Source: Myxococcota bacterium (lineage in GTDB: Bacteria > Myxococcota_A > UBA796 > GCA-2862545). From it: DNA of 64,000 nucleotides. Where the stretch lies: assembly GCA_039208735.1 (NCBI GenBank), contig JBCCQY010000018.1:19702-83701 (forward strand), given 5' to 3'. Shown piece after piece: positions 20,347-30,620 of the stretch. Under the pieces are notes generated by a model. It saw only the letters and a program-made list of their open reading frames with translations, ran no database searches and had not been told where the DNA came from. The translations under genes and the position numbers were made by a program. The first letter of the stretch is position 1. Each line of letters starts with the position of its first letter.

Positions 20347-21057
20347 TCAGGACGCGGCGCGCATGTGGTGCAGATAGAGACGTTGGACCTCGGCCGCATC
20401 GACCGCTTGGGCATCGATCGATTCCACCAAGGCCCCGCTGCGCAGGATGCTGATGTGGGTGGCGACCTCTTGGGCCCGAAAAATGTCATGGGTCGTCATG
20501 AGGATGGCGCGGCCGGCGTCCCGCTGTCGAAGCAGCGACGCGGCAAACTCGTTGGCCGCGAGGGGGTCAAGGCCCGACATCGGCTCGTCAAGCAGCAGGA
20601 CCTGGGCATTACGGATACTGGCAATCGCCAAACCCACCTTCTGACGCATGCCCTTCGAGTACCCCTGCACCCGCTGATGCACCTGCTCGGCGACCAACCC
20701 GTGATCCACCAGAGCTTGTTCGAGGGCGTCTCGCCGCGGACGCCGGCCCGCCATCCGCTCAAAGAGGTCCAGGTTCTCGAACCCTGTCAGCTCTGGATAG
20801 AGGCTGACATTCTCGGGGATGTAAGCCAACTGGGCCCGCGCCTTACGCGGCTCGGCGCCAGGGTCGATGCCGTTCACCGTAATCGAGCCCTCATCCGGAC
20901 GAAGAAACCCAAGAAAAAGCTGAATGGTCGTTGTCTTTCCCGCTCCGTTGGCACCAAGAAGACACCGGATTTCGCCGGGTTCAACGCGAAGCGTCAACCC
21001 TTCCACGGCGATGACGGTCCCAAAGCGTTTCGTGATGGCAGTGGCATCGAGCATCAA
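20347..21057 (-). CDS. ABC transporter ATP-binding protein
   Basis: GANGAGKTT, YSKGMRQK, LLLDEP, THD. Confidence 0.95.
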   Translation of the reverse strand: MMLDATAITKRFGTVIAVEGLTLRVEPGEIRCLLGANGAGKTTTIQLFLGFLRPDEGSITVNGIDPGAEPRKARAQLAYIPENVSLYPELTGFENLDLFERMAGRRPRRDALEQALVDHGLVAEQVHQRVQGYSKGMRQKVGLAIASIRNAQVLLLDEPMSGLDPLAANEFAASLLRQRDAGRAILMTTHDIFRAQEVATHISILRSGALVESIDAQAVDAAEVQRLYLHHMRAAS

Positions 21058-21069
21058 ACGACCTCGCTA

Positions 21070-21105
21070 ATCAGCGGTAAGCGGAGCTTTCGCGAGTCTG
21101 ATCAG
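21070..21105. repeat. Single REP-like unit
   Basis: ATCAGCGGTAAGCGGAGCTTTCGCGAGTCTGATCAG matches both ends of the reverse complement of 30734-30801. Confidence 0.6.
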
Positions 21106-21146
21106 CCCGCTCGGCCGGGCTCAGCTTAGAGACAACGGGCCCGTTC

Positions 21147-21161
21147 TGCAACTCGGTTGCA
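21147..21161. promoter_or_regulatory. Palindromic operator TGCAAC-N3-GTTGCA (candidate Fur/Zur-family box)
   Basis: Perfect 6-3-6 palindrome 90 nt upstream of the ABC operon. Confidence 0.5.
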
Positions 21162-21233
21162 ATAACGATCGCCTGAGTGCCGTCGACGATGGGGAGGCCA
21201 TGCTCGACGAGATGTCCTGCCATAGGAGGAAGC

Positions 21234-22142
21234 ATGGACGTTCCTACGGACTGGCAGGCGTTGACTCCGGAAGCTGACGAGGCCCTCACCAAAGTGGCCA
21301 CTCTGGCGCGCGACCAGGTCCTCGCCACGAAACATGACGTCGAAAGCGTTCGAAGTGCGCTGGCGGACTTCCTCGAGGGGTGGAAGTCGGTAGGGAGCCT
21401 ATTTCCAGGCGTCGAAGACACCGATGTACGCGAATGCATCGCGGACTTCTTCGACGAACTCGTCCGGGAATCCGGTGCCGACCTCGATCCCGAGGTGCTC
21501 TGGGAGGAGTGCGCGTTCGGGCTCGTGGGTACGCCTGACCCGCCTACCCTCACAGATGCGTTGGGGGCAAACGACCCACCGTGGGCCCTCGGATTGGCGA
21601 CGGCGTTGCGAAACGGACTCATGGCCTCGATCCAAGATGACGTCGGGCGCATCCATCTCCCCGCCATCGGGGCCCTCCAGGTCCGATATCGGCCGGGCCG
21701 TCCCGGGATGCCGATGCCACGGCGTCCCGTGGACCGATTGCAAGCCGCTGCGGCTGGCGCCCAGCTCGCCATCCCGTCGCGAACCTGGATCACCTGGCGC
21801 ACGCATCCCGACGTACTCACCGTCCTTCAGGACCCCGGTGCTTGGACCCCCAAAGGGACGGGTCCGCTGGCCGAAACCTTTGCGGAGGTTCTTGGCTCCA
21901 TGGACGCAGCCGAGGCCTACACGACAACCCTGCGAGCCTTGGCGGCGACACTCGGCGAGGACCGTGCGATGGTCGAGGTTGGGCGCGCTTGGGTGTTCCG
22001 ACGTGTCGATCGCCCCACCGTGACCGGCCGAAATCCGGATGCCGGAGAGACCTTCACGATCCCCAGCCGCACTCAACTGCAGCTGCACGTCCGGCGTAAA
22101 ACGCGCGACCTCATCACAGTCGCGTTCGAACGTCCGTCGTGA
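21234..22142 (+). CDS. Protein with HU/IHF-like DNA-binding domain(s)
   Basis: AGGAGG RBS; C-terminal GRNPDAGETFTIPSR; a second degenerate unit IGALQVRYRPGR...IPSRTWITWR. Confidence 0.65.
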   Translation: MDVPTDWQALTPEADEALTKVATLARDQVLATKHDVESVRSALADFLEGWKSVGSLFPGVEDTDVRECIADFFDELVRESGADLDPEVLWEECAFGLVGTPDPPTLTDALGANDPPWALGLATALRNGLMASIQDDVGRIHLPAIGALQVRYRPGRPGMPMPRRPVDRLQAAAAGAQLAIPSRTWITWRTHPDVLTVLQDPGAWTPKGTGPLAETFAEVLGSMDAAEAYTTTLRALAATLGEDRAMVEVGRAWVFRRVDRPTVTGRNPDAGETFTIPSRTQLQLHVRRKTRDLITVAFERPS

Positions 22143-22143
22143 A

Positions 22144-22620
22144 TCAGGCTACCGGGTCCCAGTCCAGCGCGACGTATTCCTCGACGGCGTTGTCCACATC
22201 GAGCTTCCTCGTAAAGCCGAGCGACGCATAAAGCGCCTGCGCAACCGCGTTGTTGCGGTGGTAGCTGGTGGCGATCCGTCGCACCTGGGGCACAGCTTTC
22301 AACTGCCGCACCACTTCGCGCATTGCGGCCCGGCCATAGCCTTTGCCCTGCTGATCGGCGGCCACCATGAGGCGCTTGATGAAGCCGATCTCGTCCCAAA
22401 CCTGGTACATCACGAAGCCGCGGACTGGGTCGGACGCATTGGCCACGCGACCGACCAACGAGCCGTCGTAAATGGCAAGCGGGGTCAGCCGCGGGTTGAC
22501 GGAGGCTTCCGCCAACGACTCCACATTCGGGGCAACAAACGGCTCCTGGTCAGGGGCAACACGACAGCGCAACACCGGCCGGAGGGTCGTCATCGTGACT
22601 TCTCGAAGGGTGATATCCAT
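22144..22620 (-). CDS. GNAT acetyltransferase (spermine/spermidine acetyltransferase-like)
   Basis: FVAPNVESLAEA, RLMV..QQGKGYG, N.VAQALYASLGF; GAGGAG RBS. Confidence 0.85.
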   Translation of the reverse strand: MDITLREVTMTTLRPVLRCRVAPDQEPFVAPNVESLAEASVNPRLTPLAIYDGSLVGRVANASDPVRGFVMYQVWDEIGFIKRLMVAADQQGKGYGRAAMREVVRQLKAVPQVRRIATSYHRNNAVAQALYASLGFTRKLDVDNAVEEYVALDWDPVA

Positions 22621-23000
22621 GGGAACTCCTCGGCAACGGAAAGGAGCGACGTAGCACGTGGCGTGCGCCGTCGTGCCGAACCCACAGATGCCCCTCCGAA
22701 ACGCAGCGCCTACCGGCGTCGGCGCGTGGCCAGAAGTCGGCCTCACCGCCATCTCCGTTGTCGACACCGGTGTCAATGCGGGCTCCTCCATTGGGACAGT
22801 TGGCACCCGCAGGCTCAGCCTCGACCGCAACGAGAGCCGCCAGTCCATTGGCTCCATCCTCGCCGTCGGTTCCCGCCTCACCTCGGCACCGTTGCAGACA
22901 CCCCCCATGAACTTTGCTAGACCGGCCATCGAGGGTCGAGACGAAGTACAAGACTTGGCGTGCCATTGGACGAAAGAGGTTTCACCATGACCCTCGAAAC

Positions 23001-24743
23001 ATGAACCCCGAACTGCTCGAGCGCCTCCGTTCCGACCTCGCAGTGTTCTGGCCCGATCGCTTTCGGCTTGACCGCGTTTCCCACCCCGAAGATTGGCTTG
23101 TGTTTGCCGACGCGCTGCAGGAGTCCGGCGATCAACGTGGAGAACTCATCGATCTCGAGCGCCGCTTCGCGGAGACCGGCAACCGGGCGTTCGACCATCA
23201 GCGCGCCCTACTGGCCCAGGCGCTGCACCTTCAAGGGGGCGCCATTCCCGAACCGTTCATCGGCCCAGGCAACCCGCTGCGCCCCCACGGCTTCATCTCG
23301 TCGGTCCGCCTGAAGCCGGGTGATCTCGCCACGCTCGCCAAGGTGGTTGCGCACCCAGATGCTCGCCTCCTCTCGGTGCTCCATCTCGAACCCGACCCAC
23401 CACGCTTGCCCGAACTCGCCAACGCCCTCGCTATCCATCCCGAGTTCGCGCAACTCCGCGGTCTGGCGATCACCTCAACCCTAGACGCCAAGGCGATGGC
23501 GGACCTACTCGCCATCCCCCACCTAGGGGGACTGACCGCCCTCACCCTGGCGGTCGATGAAGCATCGCTGGCGGCGTTGGTCCGAGGACCCTGGCGTCCG
23601 AGAAGAGCGGTGTTGTCCTGGACCCCGTCGATGGACGCGCAAGTCTTCACCGAAGCCCCAGCCTTTGCCCAGCTCGAAGAACTGGTGCTGCGTGGCCCCC
23701 TGTCGGACAAGGCGGCCGAGGCGCTTGTTCCCCAACTCGGAGCCCTGCGACGGTTGACGTTGATGGGGCACGGACCACAGGGCACAGGGCCGTTTGCCAC
23801 AATGCCAGGGTTGCCGAACCTCGAAACGGTGGACGTTCTACGGCTCGCCACGACCACCCGCGATGTGGCCGCCTTCGTAGCGGGAGCGCACCGACCCTCG
23901 CTTGAACGCGTTCGGATTCGATGCAGTCGCCTCGGTGACGCCAAACCCCACGTCGGCAACCTTACCGGGCCAGCCACCATCGAAGTGGACCTCGATGACG
24001 AACGATGCGGCCAAGCCATGGCGACCCTCTCCCCCGCTGGGGTCTTTGGTCGGACGCGGGCGATTCGGCTGGGTCAAGCCGGCGCCATGGGGTTTCGCGC
24101 CTTGCTCCAAGCGCCCGATCTCTCCGGCCTCGAACGATTGGACGGCCGGCGCTGTGACCTCAATTCCGCACGGCTTCGAGCCTTGTTCAACCGCGAATGC
24201 CCTCGGCTCACGCAGCTGTGGCTCGACGACAATCCACTGGGCGACCGTGGGGTGGGTGAACTTGCGGCCTGGCCCGGACTCAGTTCACTCGTGGACTTGC
24301 GTTTGCTGGGCACCGAGATGACGCTGGATGGGCTGATGACCCTGATGAATTCGCCTCACCTGAACGATCTGCGGGTGCTTCATCTCGATCCTGAACTTCC
24401 CAATGGCGACCTCTCCGCCCTCGCCGCAGCGCAGGCCCTTCGCCCTCAGGAACTCGTATTCGTGCCACAAGGTCCCCAGGGTCTCCCCCCTCTGGCCCGC
24501 TCTTCCGTCCTCTCCCAGGTCCGTCGACTGACGCTGTCGGGTCCGGATCTACAGCCTGCCGATCTTGCCGCCTTACTCGAGAGCCCTCACCTCACCCAAC
24601 TCGAAGTGCTTGACCTGCGGCCCCGACCCCACCTCGCGGCCCAGGTTCCCGAGGCAACAACGCGGTTGTTGCGAGAGGCGCAACATGCATGGCCCAAGCT
24701 CAAAGACATCCGTGGCGTGTCTCCTGAAGCGTGGCTTGGGTAG
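23001..24743 (+). CDS. Leucine-rich-repeat protein with TIGR02996-like N-terminal domain
   Basis: WLVFADALQESGDQRGELI; LRR units LTQLWLDDNPLGDRG and SPHLTQLEVLDL. Confidence 0.75.
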   Translation: MNPELLERLRSDLAVFWPDRFRLDRVSHPEDWLVFADALQESGDQRGELIDLERRFAETGNRAFDHQRALLAQALHLQGGAIPEPFIGPGNPLRPHGFISSVRLKPGDLATLAKVVAHPDARLLSVLHLEPDPPRLPELANALAIHPEFAQLRGLAITSTLDAKAMADLLAIPHLGGLTALTLAVDEASLAALVRGPWRPRRAVLSWTPSMDAQVFTEAPAFAQLEELVLRGPLSDKAAEALVPQLGALRRLTLMGHGPQGTGPFATMPGLPNLETVDVLRLATTTRDVAAFVAGAHRPSLERVRIRCSRLGDAKPHVGNLTGPATIEVDLDDERCGQAMATLSPAGVFGRTRAIRLGQAGAMGFRALLQAPDLSGLERLDGRRCDLNSARLRALFNRECPRLTQLWLDDNPLGDRGVGELAAWPGLSSLVDLRLLGTEMTLDGLMTLMNSPHLNDLRVLHLDPELPNGDLSALAAAQALRPQELVFVPQGPQGLPPLARSSVLSQVRRLTLSGPDLQPADLAALLESPHLTQLEVLDLRPRPHLAAQVPEATTRLLREAQHAWPKLKDIRGVSPEAWLG

Positions 24744-24746
24744 GCC

Positions 24747-25136
24747 TTACGGTAGCAGCAGGACTTCGAACAGTCGGTGGTCTTCGGCCAATTCGATGAA
24801 CAGAACCCCTCCGTACGACAATGGGCCGTCGGACTGGCTTGCCATTAACCGTAGCTCGTACGAACCTGCTTCGAGCGCCGTAGCGGTAAACTGCGTTTGC
24901 TCGCAATCCGCCAACACGGGAAATCCATCGACCGGTGCACTCATCGGCATTTCCGTCAGGTTGATCTGAACCAGCTCGACCCCATTGTCGTCGCACGAGC
25001 CGTTGAACACGAAGTCCCAATACACGGTGAAACTTGCCTGTGGACCCGTGGCCCCGAGCGACGGCGCTTCGACCACGGCGACGTCTCCATCAGGAATGCA
25101 CGCCACCAGCCAGCACAGCAGTAGCGCCCTCACCAT
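24747..25136 (-). CDS. Hypothetical lipoprotein
   Basis: Lipobox LVAC; two Cys in a beta-rich mature region. Confidence 0.6.
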   Translation of the reverse strand: MVRALLLCWLVACIPDGDVAVVEAPSLGATGPQASFTVYWDFVFNGSCDDNGVELVQINLTEMPMSAPVDGFPVLADCEQTQFTATALEAGSYELRLMASQSDGPLSYGGVLFIELAEDHRLFEVLLLP

Positions 25137-25612
25137 CGGACCGTCCATCGGGCCGCAAGGCCCGTCCCAGAACGCGTGGGCTCGATCACCATCATGCTTG
25201 AGCCGATGGCCACGGTCCCGATTCCGGCGGCAAGAATGGCTTGCCCCGCCTTCTGGGCCCGGCGTCGTTGGCGTAGTTCGTCGGCGGCATCATCATTGGC
25301 GGCGACAATAACGCCATCTCGCACCACGAAGAGTCCCCGCTGACGGGACTCAAGCCACCACGACCCATTCACCGCCGTCAGGCTCCCTCCCACCGCCACT
25401 GCAGCCGTTCCCACGGTGACCGTTGCGAGGCCAAGCACCCACAGCACCGGCCGACCCTTCCGCTTTGAGGTACGAGCCAACGTGCGGCCGGGTACGTGCA
25501 GATGCACACGGTGCGGCACCGGCGAATGGCGGTTGAACACCAGTTCGTCGTGCACCGGGCCGTGCGCTGTCGCAACCTGGCTTCCTAGTACGGCCGACAA
25601 TGTGATCCACAT
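25130..25612 (-). CDS. Hypothetical membrane protein
   Basis: Signal-like N-terminus and two Gly/Ala-rich hydrophobic segments; start uncertain. Confidence 0.5.
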   Translation of the reverse strand: MWITLSAVLGSQVATAHGPVHDELVFNRHSPVPHRVHLHVPGRTLARTSKRKGRPVLWVLGLATVTVGTAAVAVGGSLTAVNGSWWLESRQRGLFVVRDGVIVAANDDAADELRQRRRAQKAGQAILAAGIGTVAIGSSMMVIEPTRSGTGLAARWTVRW

Positions 25613-25682
25613 CGAATTGTCCCCCAAACCCGTGAGGAGTATGCCGGATTGCCGAACTGTCGAACAGGTGCGTACCGGTTCT

Positions 25683-28469
25683 TCACGACCTCTCTTTTGG
25701 CACCGAGCGCACACACAGGCGCTTCAAGAAGGTGCTGAACACATCAGGAGTCGGCAGATCGGTAAGGCGTCGAAGGGCCGATGCGCGGGCCCGTCGTGGC
25801 GTTCGACCCATCACTTCAATCATGGCGGACGCCACGGCGAGTGGGCTCTGAACGGACTGAAGGAGCGCGGGTTCAGTACGGTTCTGCAAGGTCTCAAGGC
25901 AGTCGGAAGCGCAGTCAGCCGACTCCACAATCGACAATAGGCAAGCCAGGAGAACCGTGAAGTAGACGCCTGTGAACGTATCGGCCAGCGTCTGCGACGC
26001 CTCCCGGAGTCGAGGTTCTGCCTCCTCGAAGCGCCCCTCGGCCCAGTAGAGCGAGCCAAGGTTCCCATCGGCAATGGCGACGTACGTAGGGACCCCGAGC
26101 GCGGCCAGTCGACCCCGAGCATCGCACAGCAGCGGTTCTGCCCCCCTCAAGCGGCCACGATGGAGCCGAACCACCCCGAGGTTCAGTCGAACGAGCCCTT
26201 GGTACTCGACAATGCCGTGCGCATCAACCTGATGCAAAACCTCCTGGTACGCCGCTTCAGCCTCTGCGAGTCGATTACAGTTATGCAAAGACGCAGCATG
26301 ATCCGCCGAGAACCTCGCAACGCGTTCTCTCGACCCAACATGGCGTTGGACCGCCAAAGCCTCTGCAAAGGCGTCCACCGCAATGTCATGACGGCCCCGC
26401 TGCCAGGCCAGCCCCCCCCGAATCGATGCCAGACGAGCCAGTTGCATGTGGGCTTGCGCACGTTCCAGGATGATGCGACTGTCGTGGAGCATCGTAGCCG
26501 CCGCTTCCGATTGTCCATCGTGACCAAGCGCACAAGCTAGAAACCCTCGAGTCACCGCCCAACTGACCTCGGGGCCGTGTATCCTACGGAGTTCGGTCGC
26601 TTCTCGCAGCAATGCAATCCCTTTGTCTACCTGACCGCGCAGCACCAACTGACGTCCTTGTGCATCCAATCCCCTCGCCAACAGCCGAGGGACGGCAATC
26701 TGTCGTAGCGCTTGGACCGCATCCCTCATCCAACCGATTCGTTCATCGGGAGACGCCGCCTTCGCAGTCTCCGCCAGCCGACACTGCGCAATGGCCCAGA
26801 GGGCTGAACCCGGCGTTGCCTTACGAACCGCTTGCTCCCCCCAGCGCTGTGCCTCGTCGCCCAAGGTCAGCCACGCCCGCATGAGGCAGTACCGACATTG
26901 GCCGTCGGAATCCAACTGGTCGAAGTGTCCTCCAAGCACATCCAGCAACTCCGCCAACCGTTCGGCAGGGCCGCATGTCCACACCACATGGGCCTCTGCC
27001 CAGGCCAAACGAACGGCCAGCGCGATTCGATCCGCACGAATCGCCACGTCAAACCCAGCGCGAATGTTGGAAAGATCATCTTGTAGGGGCTGCAGCTCCT
27101 CAATGAGCAACCCATCCCCCAAGCGCGCGTAGTGCTCTGCAGCTCGGAGTTCAGCCATCGGATCAGGCCCTACGTTCCTTGCAAACGCCCGTACCGTGTC
27201 GAGCAACTGTAGCCGAACGCCCCGCGGGCCTCTGCTCGTGGAGAGCAATGAATGTCGCCACAGCGACTCCACCGCATCCGCTACAGACGTCGACTTGCAG
27301 GGAAGACGCAACACCGCCTCCGCGGCTTCCATAGAGAAGCTTCCCACGAAGGCCGCGCACTGGTTCAAAGCCGATGCCTCGACCGCGTTCAACAACGCCG
27401 CCGTCCATCCGACTGCTTCGGTGAGGGACGCCTGACGGGGCGGGCGCCGTGGGTCGCGGAGCACCGAGGAACCTCGAGCAACGCGCTCGGTGAGTTCCGT
27501 CGGACTCATGAGGGGCGCACGAGCCGCGGCAAGTTCGATGGCCAATGGCAACCCATCGAGGATGCGAGCCAGTTCCTGAACCGCTGGATCGGCAGCGTCG
27601 CCCCACCGGGGCAGCAGCGCATTGGCCCTCGTGACGATGAGGTTCGACGCGTCCGACAGATCCAATGGGGGAACCGTCAGGACGCAGGCCGCGTCGATCG
27701 ATGGCAAGACCCGAGACGTGAAGAGCCAACGCATGCTGGGGGCCTGTTCCTCCCACCGGCGCATGAGCTCGGGAAGCAGGTCCGTCAGCCCCTCCACACC
27801 ATCCCCAATGATCAAGGCTGGTCCCCGCGCCTCAAGCACCATTCCCATGGACGAGGTAGGATCCGACTCTTGGACCCCAGGGCCCGCATGAAGACAAGAG
27901 GCCAATTGGGCAATGCAACCGTCAACCGTGACGCATTCCGAGAGGTCACACCACCACACGCCGCCCGGCGACCAACTCTCGAGGTATTGATAGGCATACG
28001 CCAAGGCGAGTGACGTTTTCCCGATGCCCCCGGTGCCGTGCAGCACCACGACGGACGCATCGGAGTAGCTGTGGTGTAGCTTCTCCAGGAGGTCAGCCCG
28101 CCCGATCAGCGTCCTGGCCTCTCCCGGTAGCGCGTGCGAGGGTCGTTCCACGCCCGTGGGCATCGGGTCCAGCAGCTCGAATCGATACCCGGCCCCGTAC
28201 GCCGTCAACAGATGCCTGGGCCGTTTGGGATCGCGCTCGATCTTGGCCCGCACGCGGTGCACGGTCGACGTCACGGTTCGCGAACGGACGCTGGGGTTGT
28301 AGCCCCAAACCTCACGTAGCAGCTCTTGATGAGAAACCACTCGACTCGAATTGGCAAAAAGGTAGGCGAGCAGTCGACATTCGGTTGGCGAAAGGCGGTA
28401 GCTGGTGCCGGATTGCCGAACCGAACGCCTTTCGAGGTCGACCACACAGTCAAGCAAGCGGATGGTCAT
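25683..28469 (-). CDS. OmpR-type wHTH + STAND ATPase + TPR transcriptional regulator
   Basis: LSPTE..LL, LLREVWGY, RAKIERDP, GAGYRF; GTGGIGKT; LDGLPLAIELAA; TPR-like repeats. Confidence 0.9.
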   Translation of the reverse strand: MTIRLLDCVVDLERRSVRQSGTSYRLSPTECRLLAYLFANSSRVVSHQELLREVWGYNPSVRSRTVTSTVHRVRAKIERDPKRPRHLLTAYGAGYRFELLDPMPTGVERPSHALPGEARTLIGRADLLEKLHHSYSDASVVVLHGTGGIGKTSLALAYAYQYLESWSPGGVWWCDLSECVTVDGCIAQLASCLHAGPGVQESDPTSSMGMVLEARGPALIIGDGVEGLTDLLPELMRRWEEQAPSMRWLFTSRVLPSIDAACVLTVPPLDLSDASNLIVTRANALLPRWGDAADPAVQELARILDGLPLAIELAAARAPLMSPTELTERVARGSSVLRDPRRPPRQASLTEAVGWTAALLNAVEASALNQCAAFVGSFSMEAAEAVLRLPCKSTSVADAVESLWRHSLLSTSRGPRGVRLQLLDTVRAFARNVGPDPMAELRAAEHYARLGDGLLIEELQPLQDDLSNIRAGFDVAIRADRIALAVRLAWAEAHVVWTCGPAERLAELLDVLGGHFDQLDSDGQCRYCLMRAWLTLGDEAQRWGEQAVRKATPGSALWAIAQCRLAETAKAASPDERIGWMRDAVQALRQIAVPRLLARGLDAQGRQLVLRGQVDKGIALLREATELRRIHGPEVSWAVTRGFLACALGHDGQSEAAATMLHDSRIILERAQAHMQLARLASIRGGLAWQRGRHDIAVDAFAEALAVQRHVGSRERVARFSADHAASLHNCNRLAEAEAAYQEVLHQVDAHGIVEYQGLVRLNLGVVRLHRGRLRGAEPLLCDARGRLAALGVPTYVAIADGNLGSLYWAEGRFEEAEPRLREASQTLADTFTGVYFTVLLACLLSIVESADCASDCLETLQNRTEPALLQSVQSPLAVASAMIEVMGRTPRRARASALRRLTDLPTPDVFSTFLKRLCVRSVPKERS

Positions 28470-28659
28470 CCGGCGCCTCCCCCTTCCGTTGTGATGATCC
28501 TGAGAGATTCGGTTTGCCCATCCCGCCGTAGATTCGGTTTGTTCAACGGCCCTTCGGGCGGCGCTTTCGTTGCTCTTCTGATTGCCTGCGACGCACTCGG
28601 CAACCAAATGTTGAACGTTGAAGCCCCCTCAAGACCTGGTACCAACAAAGGAACAAAGC

Positions 28660-29079
28660 ATGACCATGATTGCGTTAGCGCTAGCCGGAATGGCTTCAGC
28701 TTCAGAGTCGACCGACATCTCTGACTGCATCGTTTTAATCAACCCTGGATTCGATCTCACTACGCTGATGAACCCCGACGGCGATCTTGAGATCCACGCA
28801 TCGTCAGGAGGAGCCGGTTCCGGTGGGGGAGGACTCGAACCTCAATTCAACAACTCCGCGGGTCCGTGCCCAGACACGGGCCGTACCGAAATGACGTTTA
28901 GCGAACCCTTGCAAACCGGAGGATCCGACACGATCGAGGTCTGCACACGAAGCTGTGTGACCACCTATAAGCCAATGTACGCAATGGATGAGCAGGGCAA
29001 TTGGCACTACTTCTGTATTTTGGAAACCGACACCTGTAGCGAATGGGAATGCGGACCGGTGCTTACCGACTCGAACTGA
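28660..29079 (+). CDS. Small secreted Cys-rich protein
   Basis: Signal peptide MTMIALALAGMASA; Gly linker; 7 Cys. Confidence 0.65.
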   Translation: MTMIALALAGMASASESTDISDCIVLINPGFDLTTLMNPDGDLEIHASSGGAGSGGGGLEPQFNNSAGPCPDTGRTEMTFSEPLQTGGSDTIEVCTRSCVTTYKPMYAMDEQGNWHYFCILETDTCSEWECGPVLTDSN

Positions 29080-29120
29080 CGAAGCTCAGCGCAACTGTCC
29101 TCCATCGAACTGCCATGCTA

Positions 29121-30620
29121 GTGCGCGTGCCCGATAGTTCGTTGCCATCATCGGCCTGCTGAGTGATCAGGTTCCTCCGTAGATGGAGGAGCCCGTCGTG
29201 GATGTAGGTGCTCGGCGAGCCGAGCTGGAAGCGGTGATGCGCCAGGGGCGCGCAGAGCATCGCAGCGTGCAACGAGCGGAGATTGTGTTGCGGCACGTCT
29301 TCATGGGGATGTCGGTGAGCGAAACGGCTCGGCGGTGCGGCGTCAGCCGGCCGACGGTTCGCAAGTGGGCGTCGCGTTTTCGGGACAGTCCTGGTCTGAA
29401 GGCGCTGCGCGATGCCCAGCGCACGGGCCGTCCTCGGCGACGAACCGCTCGCGACGAGGCCGTAGTCATCAGCCTCGGTTGCCAACAGCCGGACCAACAC
29501 GACCGTCGCGACGTGCGGATGACTCAAACGCTGATCGTCGAGCTGGCTGCGCTTCAGGGCACGGTGATGAGCCGCTCCACGGTGCAGCGCATCCTGGCGA
29601 CGGCCGAGGTGCAGCCGCATCGGGAGCGCTACTACCTGTTCACGCCAACGGACCGGCCCGACTACATCCCGCGTCGCGACGCCATCTGCGACCTGTACAT
29701 GCGAGACCTTCCCGCGGACGAAGTGGTGGTCTGCTTCGACGAGAAGACAAACATCCAGGCCCTCGGCTCGCCCTACCCCGGGCGACCGACCGCGCCGGGC
29801 AAGGTGCGACGGGTCGAGCACAACTACATCCGCCACGGCACCCGCAACCTGGTGGCGGCCATCCGGCCCGACACCGGTGAGGTGGTTGCCGCCGAGGTCT
29901 TCCCGAGCCGGGGCTTCGCTACGGCCGAGGCGATCGCGATGCTCGAGTCCGTAGTCCAGGCCCTTCCGGGCATGCGCCGGATCCACCTGGTCTGGGACAA
30001 CGGTCCCACACACATCTCCCGGGAGATGCGGAACTTCCTGAACAGCGAGGCCGGTGCGCGGTTCCGGGTCTACGACACTCCGACCCACGCCTCCTGGCTG
30101 AATCTCGCGGAGAACTTCTTCTCTCGCTTCACGACGCGCTACCTCGCGGGCCGTCGCTACGGCGCGCTCATCGAGCTCGACGACCACCTGTACGCGTCGC
30201 TCGACGACTACGGGGCACGCCACGCGAAGCCCATGTCGTGGACGTACAATCCCCGCCTGGCCGCATAGGGAGCGCACCATGGCAAACGAAGCTCGATACT
30301 TCGGTGAGAAGGTCCTCCGGCTCCTCCACGAAGAGTCCGAATTGGCTCGACGTTGGCTCCGTGCGCGCCCTCGGGGCAAGACCTGCACGTTGGGCCTCGA
30401 GGAGGACGACGAGTGGACGCCACTGCTGCGCTTTGCCAACGGCTCTGGCGCCTTCAACGTCATGGATCTACAGGTTCGCGACAAGAAGAGCTGGGCCTAC
30501 ACCGGCGTTCGCGGCATTCCCGACGTTGTTGCAAAGGAACTCCTTGAATCCCTTCGATTCACGTGGGAGTTCCCGGCTCAGGCGGCCGAAACCTGGAAAC
30601 GAACTTCCGATCAACCGCAC
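29121..30620 (+). mobile_element. IS630-family insertion sequence (1500 bp) with passenger ORF
   Basis: Imperfect terminal IRs (cta)GTGCG-N10-AGTTCGTT at both ends; TA at 29119-29120 and 30621-30622, each within CTAG. Confidence 0.85.
29183..30268 (+). CDS. IS630-family transposase
   Basis: HTH TARRCGVSRPTVRKW..RF, GRP; DDE motifs VCFDEK, LVWDN..TH, SWLNLAENFF. Confidence 0.95.
   Translation: MEEPVVDVGARRAELEAVMRQGRAEHRSVQRAEIVLRHVFMGMSVSETARRCGVSRPTVRKWASRFRDSPGLKALRDAQRTGRPRRRTARDEAVVISLGCQQPDQHDRRDVRMTQTLIVELAALQGTVMSRSTVQRILATAEVQPHRERYYLFTPTDRPDYIPRRDAICDLYMRDLPADEVVVCFDEKTNIQALGSPYPGRPTAPGKVRRVEHNYIRHGTRNLVAAIRPDTGEVVAAEVFPSRGFATAEAIAMLESVVQALPGMRRIHLVWDNGPTHISREMRNFLNSEAGARFRVYDTPTHASWLNLAENFFSRFTTRYLAGRRYGALIELDDHLYASLDDYGARHAKPMSWTYNPRLAA

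Noticed and set aside
22763..22774. Palindrome GACACCGGTGTC upstream of the GNAT gene
   Set aside because: Could be a TetR-type operator, but no cognate regulator or second copy is present.
29063..30484. 473-aa minus-strand ORF
   Set aside because: Antisense shadow of the transposase.
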